From contig DXJF01000149.1 of assembly GCA_019057375.1 (NCBI GenBank), positions 1 to 57,951 of the forward strand: DNA of 57,951 bases. Reading direction: 5' to 3'. The position numbers were made by a program, and so were the translations under genes. Below are positions 48,850 to 57,586 of the stretch, one piece after another (position 1 is the stretch's first letter; each line of letters starts with the position of its first letter). The stretch is from Candidatus Heimdallarchaeota archaeon. GTDB lineage: Archaea > Asgardarchaeota > Heimdallarchaeia > Heimdallarchaeales > Heimdallarchaeaceae. Below the pieces are notes generated by a model. The model did no database searches. It was not told where the DNA came from and worked only from the letters and a program-made list of their open reading frames with translations.

Positions 48850-49488
48850 ATGGGTCTTCGGATTTTTTCAGTTAGGAGAGATGGCAGTTATAGTGAAGTA
48901 CCTGCAAAAAGAGAGAGTTTTTTTGAAGATAATGGAGCATACTTGATTATAGACAGAGTAGAAAGAAGAATCTATGTCTATAGAAAAGATGGGATTCCTT
49001 CCTCCTTAGCTTATTGGGCAGGAAGAGCAGCGACGAATCTTAATACAATAAAAGGATCAAAATACAAAGTCATCAACATAGAACAAGAAGAAAGGGATAG
49101 AATATTACCTGAATTGATACAGAAGTTAGAAGAAACTGCCTATTCAGAATCCTCTACAATTACAAAGACAGATTTAGGGGGAAGTGCTTATGTTTATGGT
49201 GAAAAAATAGTTCCAGAATCTCAAATCCTTAGCAAAACAACGAGTGATATCAAGTACGAAAAGGGATTAACAAAACCAGAACCAAAACAAGAACCAAAAC
49301 AAGAATCTAATCAAATGATGCAAGGTTCAGAAGCATATGACTTTGAGGAAGTGACTAGAACTCTAGCATCCAAAATTCTGTTTGATTCAAATATAGAACA
49401 TATGAAAAAAATTGAAAAACCACCACGAAATAAGCTTAGAAAAGATTTAATTGGAAAAATCGATGATTTATTAGATAAGATGTACTAG
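48850..49488 (+). CDS. Gelsolin-like domain protein (N-terminal) with helical C-terminal tail
   Basis: F...GAYLIIDRVERRIYVYRKDG..SSLAYWAGRAA..L: gelsolin-homology pattern. Confidence 0.6.
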   Translation: MGLRIFSVRRDGSYSEVPAKRESFFEDNGAYLIIDRVERRIYVYRKDGIPSSLAYWAGRAATNLNTIKGSKYKVINIEQEERDRILPELIQKLEETAYSESSTITKTDLGGSAYVYGEKIVPESQILSKTTSDIKYEKGLTKPEPKQEPKQESNQMMQGSEAYDFEEVTRTLASKILFDSNIEHMKKIEKPPRNKLRKDLIGKIDDLLDKMY

Positions 49489-49509
49489 AAATTTAAAATC
49501 TCTTTAAAA

Positions 49510-50835
49510 TTACTTCCTTTTTCTAATTTTCGCAATAAAGAAGCCTTCAGTTTCATGCAAATGGGGATATAATTCCTGTACTTCTCCATGTGGTGTAGTT
49601 CTTAGAGTTCCAATGATAGGCAGAGGTGTTTCTAAATAAAAATCCTCATTCTCTTGTAGAAAGGATGAAATTATGTTCTGATTCTCATCATGAAATAATG
49701 AACAAGTTGAATACACCATAGTGCCATCAGGTTCAATTAAGTGTGCGGCTTCTTTCAACAAATCAGTTTGTAAGTCAACATACCAACGTAAGTCTCTTTG
49801 TTTCATTTTCCATTTGTTTTCTGGTCGTGAGGAATATGTTCCTGAACTAGAACATGGGGGATCAAGTAATATTTTATCAAAAGTATCGGTGGTTATTTTA
49901 CTGAATTGTTTAGCATCACCTTGAACAATTTCTATTGGATGAACACCAAGCATCTTCATTCTGTTTTTCAAAATTTTGATGCGCTCATCGTTTATATCTA
50001 CAGCAATAATCCTTGATTTATTATTTAACAAAGCAGCAATGTGCGATGTCTTACTTCCTGGAGAAGCACACATATCAAGAATGAGTTCATCTGATTTAGG
50101 ATTCAGAACAAGTGAAGCCAAAGCCGAAGCTTTTTGTTGAATCACAATCTTACCATTTTGAAACTCCATTGTGCGGGGTATTGGAATGGGGGTTTCTTCA
50201 ATTCTTAGTAGATTTGGAATTTCATTATCTCTTGTAAAAGCAATTTCTTGTTCTTCAAATCCAAGAGTTATTTCCTCCATGTTTGATTTTAAATCGTTAA
50301 CCCGAACGTACATAGGAATAGTTGCTAGAAAAGTTGAAAGGATTTTCTCTGCAAAATCCTCTCCCCATTGTCCGATAAATTTTCTTATTATCCATGTGGG
50401 AGTAAAATATCTCAGAGCTGCTTTGGATGCAAAATCATGCCTATTTTCATAAAGTACCTCCTCCTGTAAATTGTTTATAAAATGAAGAATATCCTCTAGT
50501 TCTAAATCGTTAATTTTCTTATAATGGGGTTTAAGTAATTCAATTACATGATTTATGGTTTCTTTTTCTATTTTGAGAAGTTGAGTAGCTAATCTGAGGA
50601 GAGCTCTCATTCTGAAACTAATTTTTCTCAAGGAAAAGGAGGAGGAGCTTGTTTTAATATACAAATCAATCAGATTTAGCTTTCTATATATTTCAAAAAC
50701 ATGATAATATATCAAGGATTCATCATAACTTGTTAAATCATTTTCTTGAATGTGATATCTGAGAATAGTTCTAATTGAACGACCTTCATCTACTTGTTCA
50801 AGTGAAGTTAGAATTAACGGAATTAGTGTATTCAT
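49510..50835 (-). CDS. RsmB/NOP2 (Sun/Fmu) RNA m5C methyltransferase
   Basis: IQQKAS, LDMCASPGSKT, LLDPPCSSSG, VYSTCS. Confidence 0.92.
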   Translation of the reverse strand: MNTLIPLILTSLEQVDEGRSIRTILRYHIQENDLTSYDESLIYYHVFEIYRKLNLIDLYIKTSSSSFSLRKISFRMRALLRLATQLLKIEKETINHVIELLKPHYKKINDLELEDILHFINNLQEEVLYENRHDFASKAALRYFTPTWIIRKFIGQWGEDFAEKILSTFLATIPMYVRVNDLKSNMEEITLGFEEQEIAFTRDNEIPNLLRIEETPIPIPRTMEFQNGKIVIQQKASALASLVLNPKSDELILDMCASPGSKTSHIAALLNNKSRIIAVDINDERIKILKNRMKMLGVHPIEIVQGDAKQFSKITTDTFDKILLDPPCSSSGTYSSRPENKWKMKQRDLRWYVDLQTDLLKEAAHLIEPDGTMVYSTCSLFHDENQNIISSFLQENEDFYLETPLPIIGTLRTTPHGEVQELYPHLHETEGFFIAKIRKRK

Positions 50836-50887
50836 ATTCTCCCCCTAATTTTATGATGGATTCTTATACTACTTAAGTTTATCATCG

Positions 50888-51691
50888 TTATTGCAAATCT
50901 TGATATCCTATCCACTCTTTTGCTTCAAAAGGATGGAAAAGAACTTTTTCATTTGTTTCAAGTTGGAGTACTTGAGCAAACTTACGTAAAGCTATATTAG
51001 AATAATCAATAAACGGAATAAAAAGAAAGTTCATTCTGTTCTTTTGATATATTGGAATGGAACTTGAATCCAAACTGAAACCTATAATGGTATTAATTCC
51101 TGCATCTCTCAACTCTTGAAAATCTGAACTTAAGAATTTTTCATTTTCTAATACAAATGATAATTTATCCTCTGGTCGTCCAAACGTATGAACAATCCAT
51201 TTTTTGTTTAGATGACTCAAAGATGCAAGAAAATCTTGAAAACTCATTTCAGGCAAATTCCATATTGTTAATTTCTTACCAGTTTCTGTAACAAGGCTTG
51301 AATTCTCCATTTTACTTAATCCTAGAGTTTGAAGAAAGTAGGGAATGCTTCCTTTTACTGAATGAAGCCATTTGTGGGGTAATCTAATTGTTTTGATGTT
51401 ATTTGTAATTAAAGACCTTAATAATTCAAAGTCTATTTCTGAAAGAGGAAATTTATTCTCTATGATGGATAGAGGTAACAAAGTTACTGCAACATTTGCT
51501 TTGTTATCATTCATAAAATGAACGAGTTTCAGATTCATCAAAGGTGAAACAGCGATGCATTTCACATTAGTAGCTTTTAATTTATGTGGGGAAAAAGTAC
51601 CAAATTCAATACCAAAATCTTTTGAATGTTTTGTTTCTCTATCACAAATATTGGCAACTGATCCGAGAATTCCATCTAATGATTTTGTCAT
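50888..51691 (-). CDS. Degenerate NIF3-like protein
   Basis: DFGIEFG...VKCIAVS......V...NANVAVTLLPL resembles the NIF3 N-terminus but lacks the HH metal ligands. Confidence 0.4.
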   Translation of the reverse strand: MTKSLDGILGSVANICDRETKHSKDFGIEFGTFSPHKLKATNVKCIAVSPLMNLKLVHFMNDNKANVAVTLLPLSIIENKFPLSEIDFELLRSLITNNIKTIRLPHKWLHSVKGSIPYFLQTLGLSKMENSSLVTETGKKLTIWNLPEMSFQDFLASLSHLNKKWIVHTFGRPEDKLSFVLENEKFLSSDFQELRDAGINTIIGFSLDSSSIPIYQKNRMNFLFIPFIDYSNIALRKFAQVLQLETNEKVLFHPFEAKEWIGYQDLQ

Positions 51692-51838
51692 TCTAAATCA
51701 AAGAAATATTAACAGCTTAAAAAACACTTTGGGGGCTTAGTTGAAACTGAAAAATAACAAAAACTATGATAAGCTTTGTCAATCATTAGAAGCTTCCTTG
51801 GCAATGGGTTTTTATTCAACTTTGAATGAAATTTCTTA

Positions 51839-52723
51839 ATGACAGGTGCAATCATCCTTGCAAATATTGCTGCTGATATTCCTTCAAACTTAACAGAAAA
51901 GTACAACATTTTCACTATACAAGTACCTGTGGAGTTTCCAGACACTAATGAAGATCTATTATATCCAAGTGAAATCACTTATGATGAATTTTTAAAGAGA
52001 ATCCATACCAGTAAAAAAATTCCTAAACCCATTCAACCAAGCATAAATTATTTTGTAAACAAGTTCAAACACTTGGAAGAGGAGGGATATACTGATCTCT
52101 TCATAATTAATATGACATCAAGAGGTACTGGAATAGTTAACACTGTCAAAGCGAGTATCAACAAATATCATAAACAAGGAGGAAAGAGCAAATTCCATCA
52201 ATATGACTCTAAAGAGGGATCCTTTGGAGTTGGTATTTCAGTAATAAAAGCAGCTAAACTTCTTAGCGAAGGAAAGGATTTCACAGAAATAATTTCTCAC
52301 TTAAATAAGTTTAAGAGTACTGAACTAAAAACTACTTTTACTTTTGAAAGCTTAAAATACTTACAAAGAAGCGGTAGAATAGGGCTTATCAAATTCGTTA
52401 TGGGGTCTCTTTTGAATATTTATCCTTGTTTGGAAGGAACACAAGATGGTGGGATTAACTCTTTTAATCAGGCAAAGTCATATGAAGAAGCAGTAGAAGC
52501 CATTGTAACTCAAGCATATAACTCGATGAAACACATTGAGAATTTGGGATGTTATATCGTTTCTGGGAATGCAGAAAAAGGATCAACTCTTGCAAAACAG
52601 ATTCTAACTAAACAATTTCCTGAAGTAAATTTCTATGGGATTATTCCAATGAGCGGCATAACATATAGTTTTACAGGTCCTGGTTCTGTGATTGTTGTCA
52701 TGTTTAAAGACTTTGAACATTGA
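51839..52723 (+). CDS. DegV family fatty-acid-binding protein
   Basis: PKPIQPS, INMTSRGTG, YDSKEGS.G.G, L.YLQRSGRIG, G.LLNIYP, TGPG. Confidence 0.88.
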   Translation: MTGAIILANIAADIPSNLTEKYNIFTIQVPVEFPDTNEDLLYPSEITYDEFLKRIHTSKKIPKPIQPSINYFVNKFKHLEEEGYTDLFIINMTSRGTGIVNTVKASINKYHKQGGKSKFHQYDSKEGSFGVGISVIKAAKLLSEGKDFTEIISHLNKFKSTELKTTFTFESLKYLQRSGRIGLIKFVMGSLLNIYPCLEGTQDGGINSFNQAKSYEEAVEAIVTQAYNSMKHIENLGCYIVSGNAEKGSTLAKQILTKQFPEVNFYGIIPMSGITYSFTGPGSVIVVMFKDFEH

Positions 52724-52755
52724 AATGAATAATTATTGGAAAATACAGATAAGAT

Positions 52756-53586
52756 TTAGATTGCTATAACTTCATACCATTTTTTTAGTGATAATGCCTT
52801 CCATTGCTCTCTTTTTGGGGGATAATAATCAATTTTATCAGCTTGTTCAAGAATTTCTTCTTCGGTTTTTCCTTCGACGATCATTTCCTTCATAAGTGAA
52901 ATAACTTTGTTAAGATAAGCTAAAAACTCTTCTAAAGGTTCCTTTCCAGATATTGAACCATGACCTGGGATATAGTTCTCTACATCTAGTGATAGATATT
53001 CTTGTATAGATTCTACCCATTTCAAAGGATCTGAAGTAGGAGTTCCTCCCCATGGAAAGCTGTGATTAAAGAGGTTATCTCCCGCAAACATTACTTTGTA
53101 ATTGGGGCAATAAACATAACTGGATCCCGCTGTATGTCCACCTGTTCTCTTTACAATAACCTTTACATCACGATCTACTAATTCATACTCATCTGCAAAT
53201 GTTTTGTTAGCAAGAACTATCTTTAATCCATCCAAAGCTAAAGGGTCTTCTGAATTCTTTTTCCATTCTTCTAAAGCTTCTGGAGTCCAATTATTCTTCT
53301 GTGAGTCAACCATTGCTTCATGGGTTAACTCAGAAGTGATGATTTTACAATCTTCAAAGATCTGATTACCAAAAACATGATCTCCATGAGCGTGAGTTAT
53401 AAAGAGAATAGAAGCTTTCTTTCCTGTTTCTCGTTCAATATGTTCTCTAAATTTCTTTATGAGGGGGATATGCATACCAGAATCAACAAAAACTATCTGA
53501 CTAGGTAGAACATAAGCAGCAACATTACCACGAGTACTACCATCAGTTATAGCATAAACACTTTCTTTGACTTTTTCAATAGACAT
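52756..53586 (-). CDS. Metallo-beta-lactamase fold hydrolase (cyclase-like)
   Basis: THAHGDHVFGN, GGHTAG, AGDNLF, IPGHG. Confidence 0.9.
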   Translation of the reverse strand: MSIEKVKESVYAITDGSTRGNVAAYVLPSQIVFVDSGMHIPLIKKFREHIERETGKKASILFITHAHGDHVFGNQIFEDCKIITSELTHEAMVDSQKNNWTPEALEEWKKNSEDPLALDGLKIVLANKTFADEYELVDRDVKVIVKRTGGHTAGSSYVYCPNYKVMFAGDNLFNHSFPWGGTPTSDPLKWVESIQEYLSLDVENYIPGHGSISGKEPLEEFLAYLNKVISLMKEMIVEGKTEEEILEQADKIDYYPPKREQWKALSLKKWYEVIAI

Positions 53587-53649
53587 TGAAGCACCTAATT
53601 GCAAAAAGAATTGGATATAGAAAAAACTTTGGTCGAAGAGAGAAATACT

Positions 53650-54399
53650 TTATTTCTGTAATCTCCAATGGGTTATTGCTTTGGAAACAAGTTTTTCCTT
53701 CTTACCTTTAATTAACCGATGAAATGCCTTGATAGTTTCATTATCCTTTTCTTTCTGAATTTCTGATTCTACAGTAATGTCGTCTTCATGAAATACTTGT
53801 TCTTTATAACTTATCTCCAGCTTTTCCAGTTCATATCTCTTAACTGTTTTTTCTGGCATTCCTTCAATTATCCAGTGGATATGGGCTATGTGATTTACAT
53901 GTTGATTAATATCTAGGTCTTGCTTTCTTACTCTAAGTGATTGTCTTGTATCTATTTTCTTAGGCAATTGTAAACCTGGAAAACCATAGTTTAGAGCTCT
54001 TTTTTCTTCTACAGAATAATTTGACCAATAATCTATGTAATCTACTGGTTGTCTTTTTCGATAATTGAATAGTAACCAACTTGTTGTAGCTTTGCAGATA
54101 ATATTATTGTTTTCATCAACAATTTCGAAATCTCTAACTGTATATTTTGGACTACCTGATTCAGCAACCCAACTTGATGCTTTAAGTACTTCATCTAATT
54201 CAGGATAACGGGCAATTTCAACGGTGTATCTCAAAAGCAACCATGTTAAACCTTTGTGGAAAACTTGTTGATGACCAATGCCTAATTGATCAGCATGTTT
54301 GTAAGCTACGTGTTGTAGATAATCCATCAAAGCGGTAATCTTTGCCTTCCCATTAGTATCAATTTCACTTATTCTAGGAACAAAAGTCATTTCATACAT
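53650..54399 (-). CDS. Acyl-ACP/acyl-CoA thioesterase (FatA/FatB-like double hotdog)
   Basis: R.SEID, W.LLRY...I.RYP, DLDINQHVNH. Confidence 0.88.
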   Translation of the reverse strand: MYEMTFVPRISEIDTNGKAKITALMDYLQHVAYKHADQLGIGHQQVFHKGLTWLLLRYTVEIARYPELDEVLKASSWVAESGSPKYTVRDFEIVDENNNIICKATTSWLLFNYRKRQPVDYIDYWSNYSVEEKRALNYGFPGLQLPKKIDTRQSLRVRKQDLDINQHVNHIAHIHWIIEGMPEKTVKRYELEKLEISYKEQVFHEDDITVESEIQKEKDNETIKAFHRLIKGKKEKLVSKAITHWRLQK

Positions 54400-54493
54400 A
54401 AACTATCACAAACAAATCTGTCCTAGTTTAGATTTATTTAAGAGTTATTAAAAAAATGAAAGAAAAATAAAAAGAGGAAGGATTTACAATCCT

Positions 54494-54516
54494 TTACATT
54501 CTGCGGCCTCTACGGC
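54494..54516 (-). repeat. Orphan copy of the last 23 nt of rps11 (distal boundary repeat)
   Basis: ttacattctgcggcctctacggc vs ttacattctacggcctctacgac at 56823-56845 (21/23); encodes RRGRRM-stop on the minus strand. Confidence 0.85.
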
Positions 54517-54565
54517 TTTTGAAATAGTATAGAACATTAAAGAAAATTCTGTCAATTTACATTAG

Positions 54566-55468
54566 TTATTCAAGATTTTCTCTATGCTGCCAATCATGAA
54601 ATCTCATCGCAAGAGGTATCACAGTGTTTTCAACTATTTCTATTGTGTCTTCAAGATGATTTAGAGTTGTAATAATCACTGGAACATAGGGAGATCTTTT
54701 CGATAATATGTTTTTTTCAGTTTCTATTAATTGATAATTATGAATTAGAAATTTAGTTTTGTAAAGATTTCCAGAAGTAATCTTTTCCGTAAACACATAG
54801 GACAATAAGTCAAATTTACGCCCTAGAATAACGATTGGAAGACATAAATCACCTACTGCTTCAATGGATTCTTTTCTACTTATTGGATATTTTTGACCAT
54901 ATTTCTCCTTCATATGCCAGTTTATACTGGATACTATTTGACCAAATCCTTTCTCTATTTTTTCTTTAATTTTATCTTTCGTATTTGGATAAATTATATC
55001 TGTACATATTATCGACTCGAATTCTTTAGTTAACTCCCCATACATAAACTCATAAATCCGATCAAAACCAGTCCAATTCTTGAACATCTCCATCACACTA
55101 TAATTATATAGTTCAATAGGATTAAAACCAATTATTGGTTCTTTTTCTTGTTGATCATACTGATCATTATACTTTACTTCTGCGTAAAATACTAATCTAG
55201 TCATTAAAAATCCCGTAATTCCTGGTTCAAATTCTTTATGTTTGAATATCTTCTGGGCAAAAACATCTAACTGTCTGTTTTTCTTCACTAACTCTCCTGC
55301 TTCCAATGCTGTGTCTTCATAAATTAATTCATCTACATCATAGCCTAATTTACTGAAGATTTTTCTGCTTTTATATTCTGTTGAACCAGCTTGTCTTATA
55401 ATTTTTTTAATAGTGTTTTCCTTCTCTTTATCCACTATTTCTTCAATTATAAACGATTTTTCTTCCAT
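54566..55468 (-). CDS. PD-(D/E)xK restriction-endonuclease-like protein
   Basis: Helix STEYKSRKIFSKLGYDV (E31), QLDVFA (D68), YAEVKY (E97-x-K99). Confidence 0.6.
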   Translation of the reverse strand: MEEKSFIIEEIVDKEKENTIKKIIRQAGSTEYKSRKIFSKLGYDVDELIYEDTALEAGELVKKNRQLDVFAQKIFKHKEFEPGITGFLMTRLVFYAEVKYNDQYDQQEKEPIIGFNPIELYNYSVMEMFKNWTGFDRIYEFMYGELTKEFESIICTDIIYPNTKDKIKEKIEKGFGQIVSSINWHMKEKYGQKYPISRKESIEAVGDLCLPIVILGRKFDLLSYVFTEKITSGNLYKTKFLIHNYQLIETEKNILSKRSPYVPVIITTLNHLEDTIEIVENTVIPLAMRFHDWQHRENLE

Positions 55469-55534
55469 CGATTAAAATTATGTTATCACAAATAAGAATG
55501 TTTGGAAACAAAAACTACACTCTACAGCTATATT

Positions 55535-56731
55535 TTAAACCTGTTTACTTATTTCCTCAGAAAATTCATCTAAGAGAGTTTGTCCTTTGAATTCCAGTCC
55601 TTTCTTCAATAACTGTACTTTCATTACTAGATTATCTACGAGATTCTGATTTTCATCTGTTCTTTTCTCCATTAACAAATCAACTATCTCTTGACTGTCC
55701 TTTGCTTCAAACCCTTCCTCCTCTTCAAACATCCCCTCAGCTTTACCGTAGAGACACCAGAACTCCACCTTCTCAGCTACTTTTGGGTATACTTTCAAAT
55801 CTTTCTCCTTGAATATCGCTTGAGTAGATCTCTTAGCATCAATGATTCTTATCGTATTATTTTCGTAGTATACAACTATTTCAGGCTGAATCCAACTCTG
55901 TTCTTCAATATCAGTAGTATCAATCTTAGGTTTCCACTCCCAATCTAAACCTTCTAACAAAACCTCAGCGATTTCTTTACACAGCTCTTCCCACTTGTAA
56001 GCTGTAGTTCTAGTAAACCAACAGGCTTCAGCTTTTTTGTGACCATACAAGTGACTTGGGTCAGCAAAACCCCTACCACAGTTCTCACAAACAAAAGGTT
56101 TCTCATCAGTGTGCATAGCAATAATGTGAAGTTTTAATCTTCTGGAATGAGAAAATGAAGCACCACAATCTTCACAGACATGAGGACGGTGGTTCTGATG
56201 AACTACCTTGATATGATCATTAAGATGTTGAGGAAGTTTAAAGGCGAAACCACATTCTTCGCAAACATATGACCGCTTATTAGAATGCAAGGAAATCAAA
56301 TGCTCTTTTAGATGTTGGGGTAACTTGAAAGCAGCACCACACTCTGTACATATGTGAGGTCTTAAATCCAAATGAATTGTCTGAACATGTCTTTGAAGAT
56401 TATCTTCTCTGAAGAAAAAAGAATCACAATGGAGACAAGCATATTTCTCTTTTTGTGTGTGAATAGAATTGATATGTCTTCTTAGAGATTTAGCTTGTGA
56501 AAATCTCTTACCGCATAGTTCACAAATATGTGCTCTTATCTTCTCATGAACTTCAATTAAATGACGATTAAGAGAGTCTTTTCTAGTTGTTGAGAAATCA
56601 CAAGAATTACATTGATAAATCTGATCTATTTCATGAATTGATTTTTTGTGCCTTGTAAGGATATCTTTTCGAGAAAATGATTTATTACAGATTTCACATC
56701 TATGTAGAGCTATTTCTTTTTTCTTTTCCAT
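55535..56731 (-). CDS. Tandem C2H2 zinc-finger array (7 C2H2 + 1 C2HC) fused to a PD-(D/E)xK nuclease-like domain
   Basis: Seven Cx2Cx12Hx4H units at a 29-aa period, eighth unit Cx2Cx12Hx5C, TDEKPF linker; C-terminal WEELC..(E248), QPEIV (P283-E284), IIDAKR (D298-x-K300). Confidence 0.85.
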   Translation of the reverse strand: MEKKKEIALHRCEICNKSFSRKDILTRHKKSIHEIDQIYQCNSCDFSTTRKDSLNRHLIEVHEKIRAHICELCGKRFSQAKSLRRHINSIHTQKEKYACLHCDSFFFREDNLQRHVQTIHLDLRPHICTECGAAFKLPQHLKEHLISLHSNKRSYVCEECGFAFKLPQHLNDHIKVVHQNHRPHVCEDCGASFSHSRRLKLHIIAMHTDEKPFVCENCGRGFADPSHLYGHKKAEACWFTRTTAYKWEELCKEIAEVLLEGLDWEWKPKIDTTDIEEQSWIQPEIVVYYENNTIRIIDAKRSTQAIFKEKDLKVYPKVAEKVEFWCLYGKAEGMFEEEEGFEAKDSQEIVDLLMEKRTDENQNLVDNLVMKVQLLKKGLEFKGQTLLDEFSEEISKQV

Positions 56732-56822
56732 TTATTTCTATAGAACTATCTAGATTTTCAAATAAAAACTCCAATAATACATAATAAAAGAAAAGAAAAA
56801 TAAAAATGAGAAAAGGACAAAA

Positions 56823-56845
56823 TTACATTCTACGGCCTCTACGAC
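56823..56845 (-). repeat. rps11 3' end (proximal boundary repeat)
   Basis: Matches 54494-54516 at 21/23 nt. Confidence 0.85.
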
Positions 56846-57578
56846 CGCCTTTTCTGCGACATCCGTCATGTGGAAGGGGGGTCACATCTTCTAGTCTTAG
56901 TATTCTCATCCCTGACCTTTTTAGTGCCCTTAATGCTGCTTGTGTTCCTGGTCCAGGTGTTCTGTTCTTATGTCCTCCTGGCGCCCTATAACGTACATAC
57001 AGCTGGTATATTCCTTTACTTTGCGCTTCTTGTGCTGCGGAGTTTGCTGCTTTCATCGCTGCATATGGACTTGATTCATTTCTGTCTGCTTTAACAAACA
57101 TTCCTCCACTTTTACGGCTGAATGTTTCAGCACCTGAAATGTCGGTGATATGAACGATAGTATCATTGTAACTGGAAAAGATATGAGCGACACCGTATTT
57201 AGAATCTCTTCTTCTTGATCTAGACCTAGCTTCAGATTCAGGTTTAGGTTTAGCTTCGGGTTCAGCTTTCTCTTCAGATTTAGCCTTTTCTTCGGGTTTA
57301 GCTTCTTCTTTGGTTTTAGATTTTTCTTTTTTAGGAGCTTCGGTTTTTTCTTTCTTGGGTTTAGCTTCTTCCTTTGCTTCTTTATCTTTAATCTCTTTAG
57401 GTTTCTTTGACTCGGCTTTCTTTTCTTCTTTGGAAGGTTCTGTTTTTTCTTGCTTCTTAGTAGTGGAGGTTTTCTTCTCTTTCTTAGGAACTTCAACTTT
57501 CTCTTCTACTTTGGGAGTTTCAACGTCTTCCTTAGTTTTCTTAGCCGATTCTTTCTTTTCTTTTTTATCTTCACTCAT
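56823..57578 (-). CDS. rps11: Ribosomal protein uS11 with an about 120-aa Lys/Glu-rich N-terminal extension
   Basis: [58 protein letters not shown]. Confidence 0.96.
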   Translation of the reverse strand: MSEDKKEKKESAKKTKEDVETPKVEEKVEVPKKEKKTSTTKKQEKTEPSKEEKKAESKKPKEIKDKEAKEEAKPKKEKTEAPKKEKSKTKEEAKPEEKAKSEEKAEPEAKPKPESEARSRSRRRDSKYGVAHIFSSYNDTIVHITDISGAETFSRKSGGMFVKADRNESSPYAAMKAANSAAQEAQSKGIYQLYVRYRAPGGHKNRTPGPGTQAALRALKRSGMRILRLEDVTPLPHDGCRRKGGRRGRRM

Positions 57579-57586
57579 AAAATCAC

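Larger units (their letters stand above)
54494..56845 (-). mobile_element. Candidate inserted two-nuclease cassette at the 3' end of rps11
   Basis: Direct repeats at both ends (rps11 3' end plus the shared terminator tract aaagaaaaataaaaa at 54459-54473 and 56792-56806); cargo of two PD-(D/E)xK-type genes; no integrase inside. Confidence 0.6.

Noticed and set aside
55535-56731. Zinc-finger gene as eukaryotic contamination
   Set aside because: Intronless, similar AT-rich codon style, archaeal genes on both sides, and bounded by a duplicated archaeal rps11 end; read mapping would still be the definitive test.
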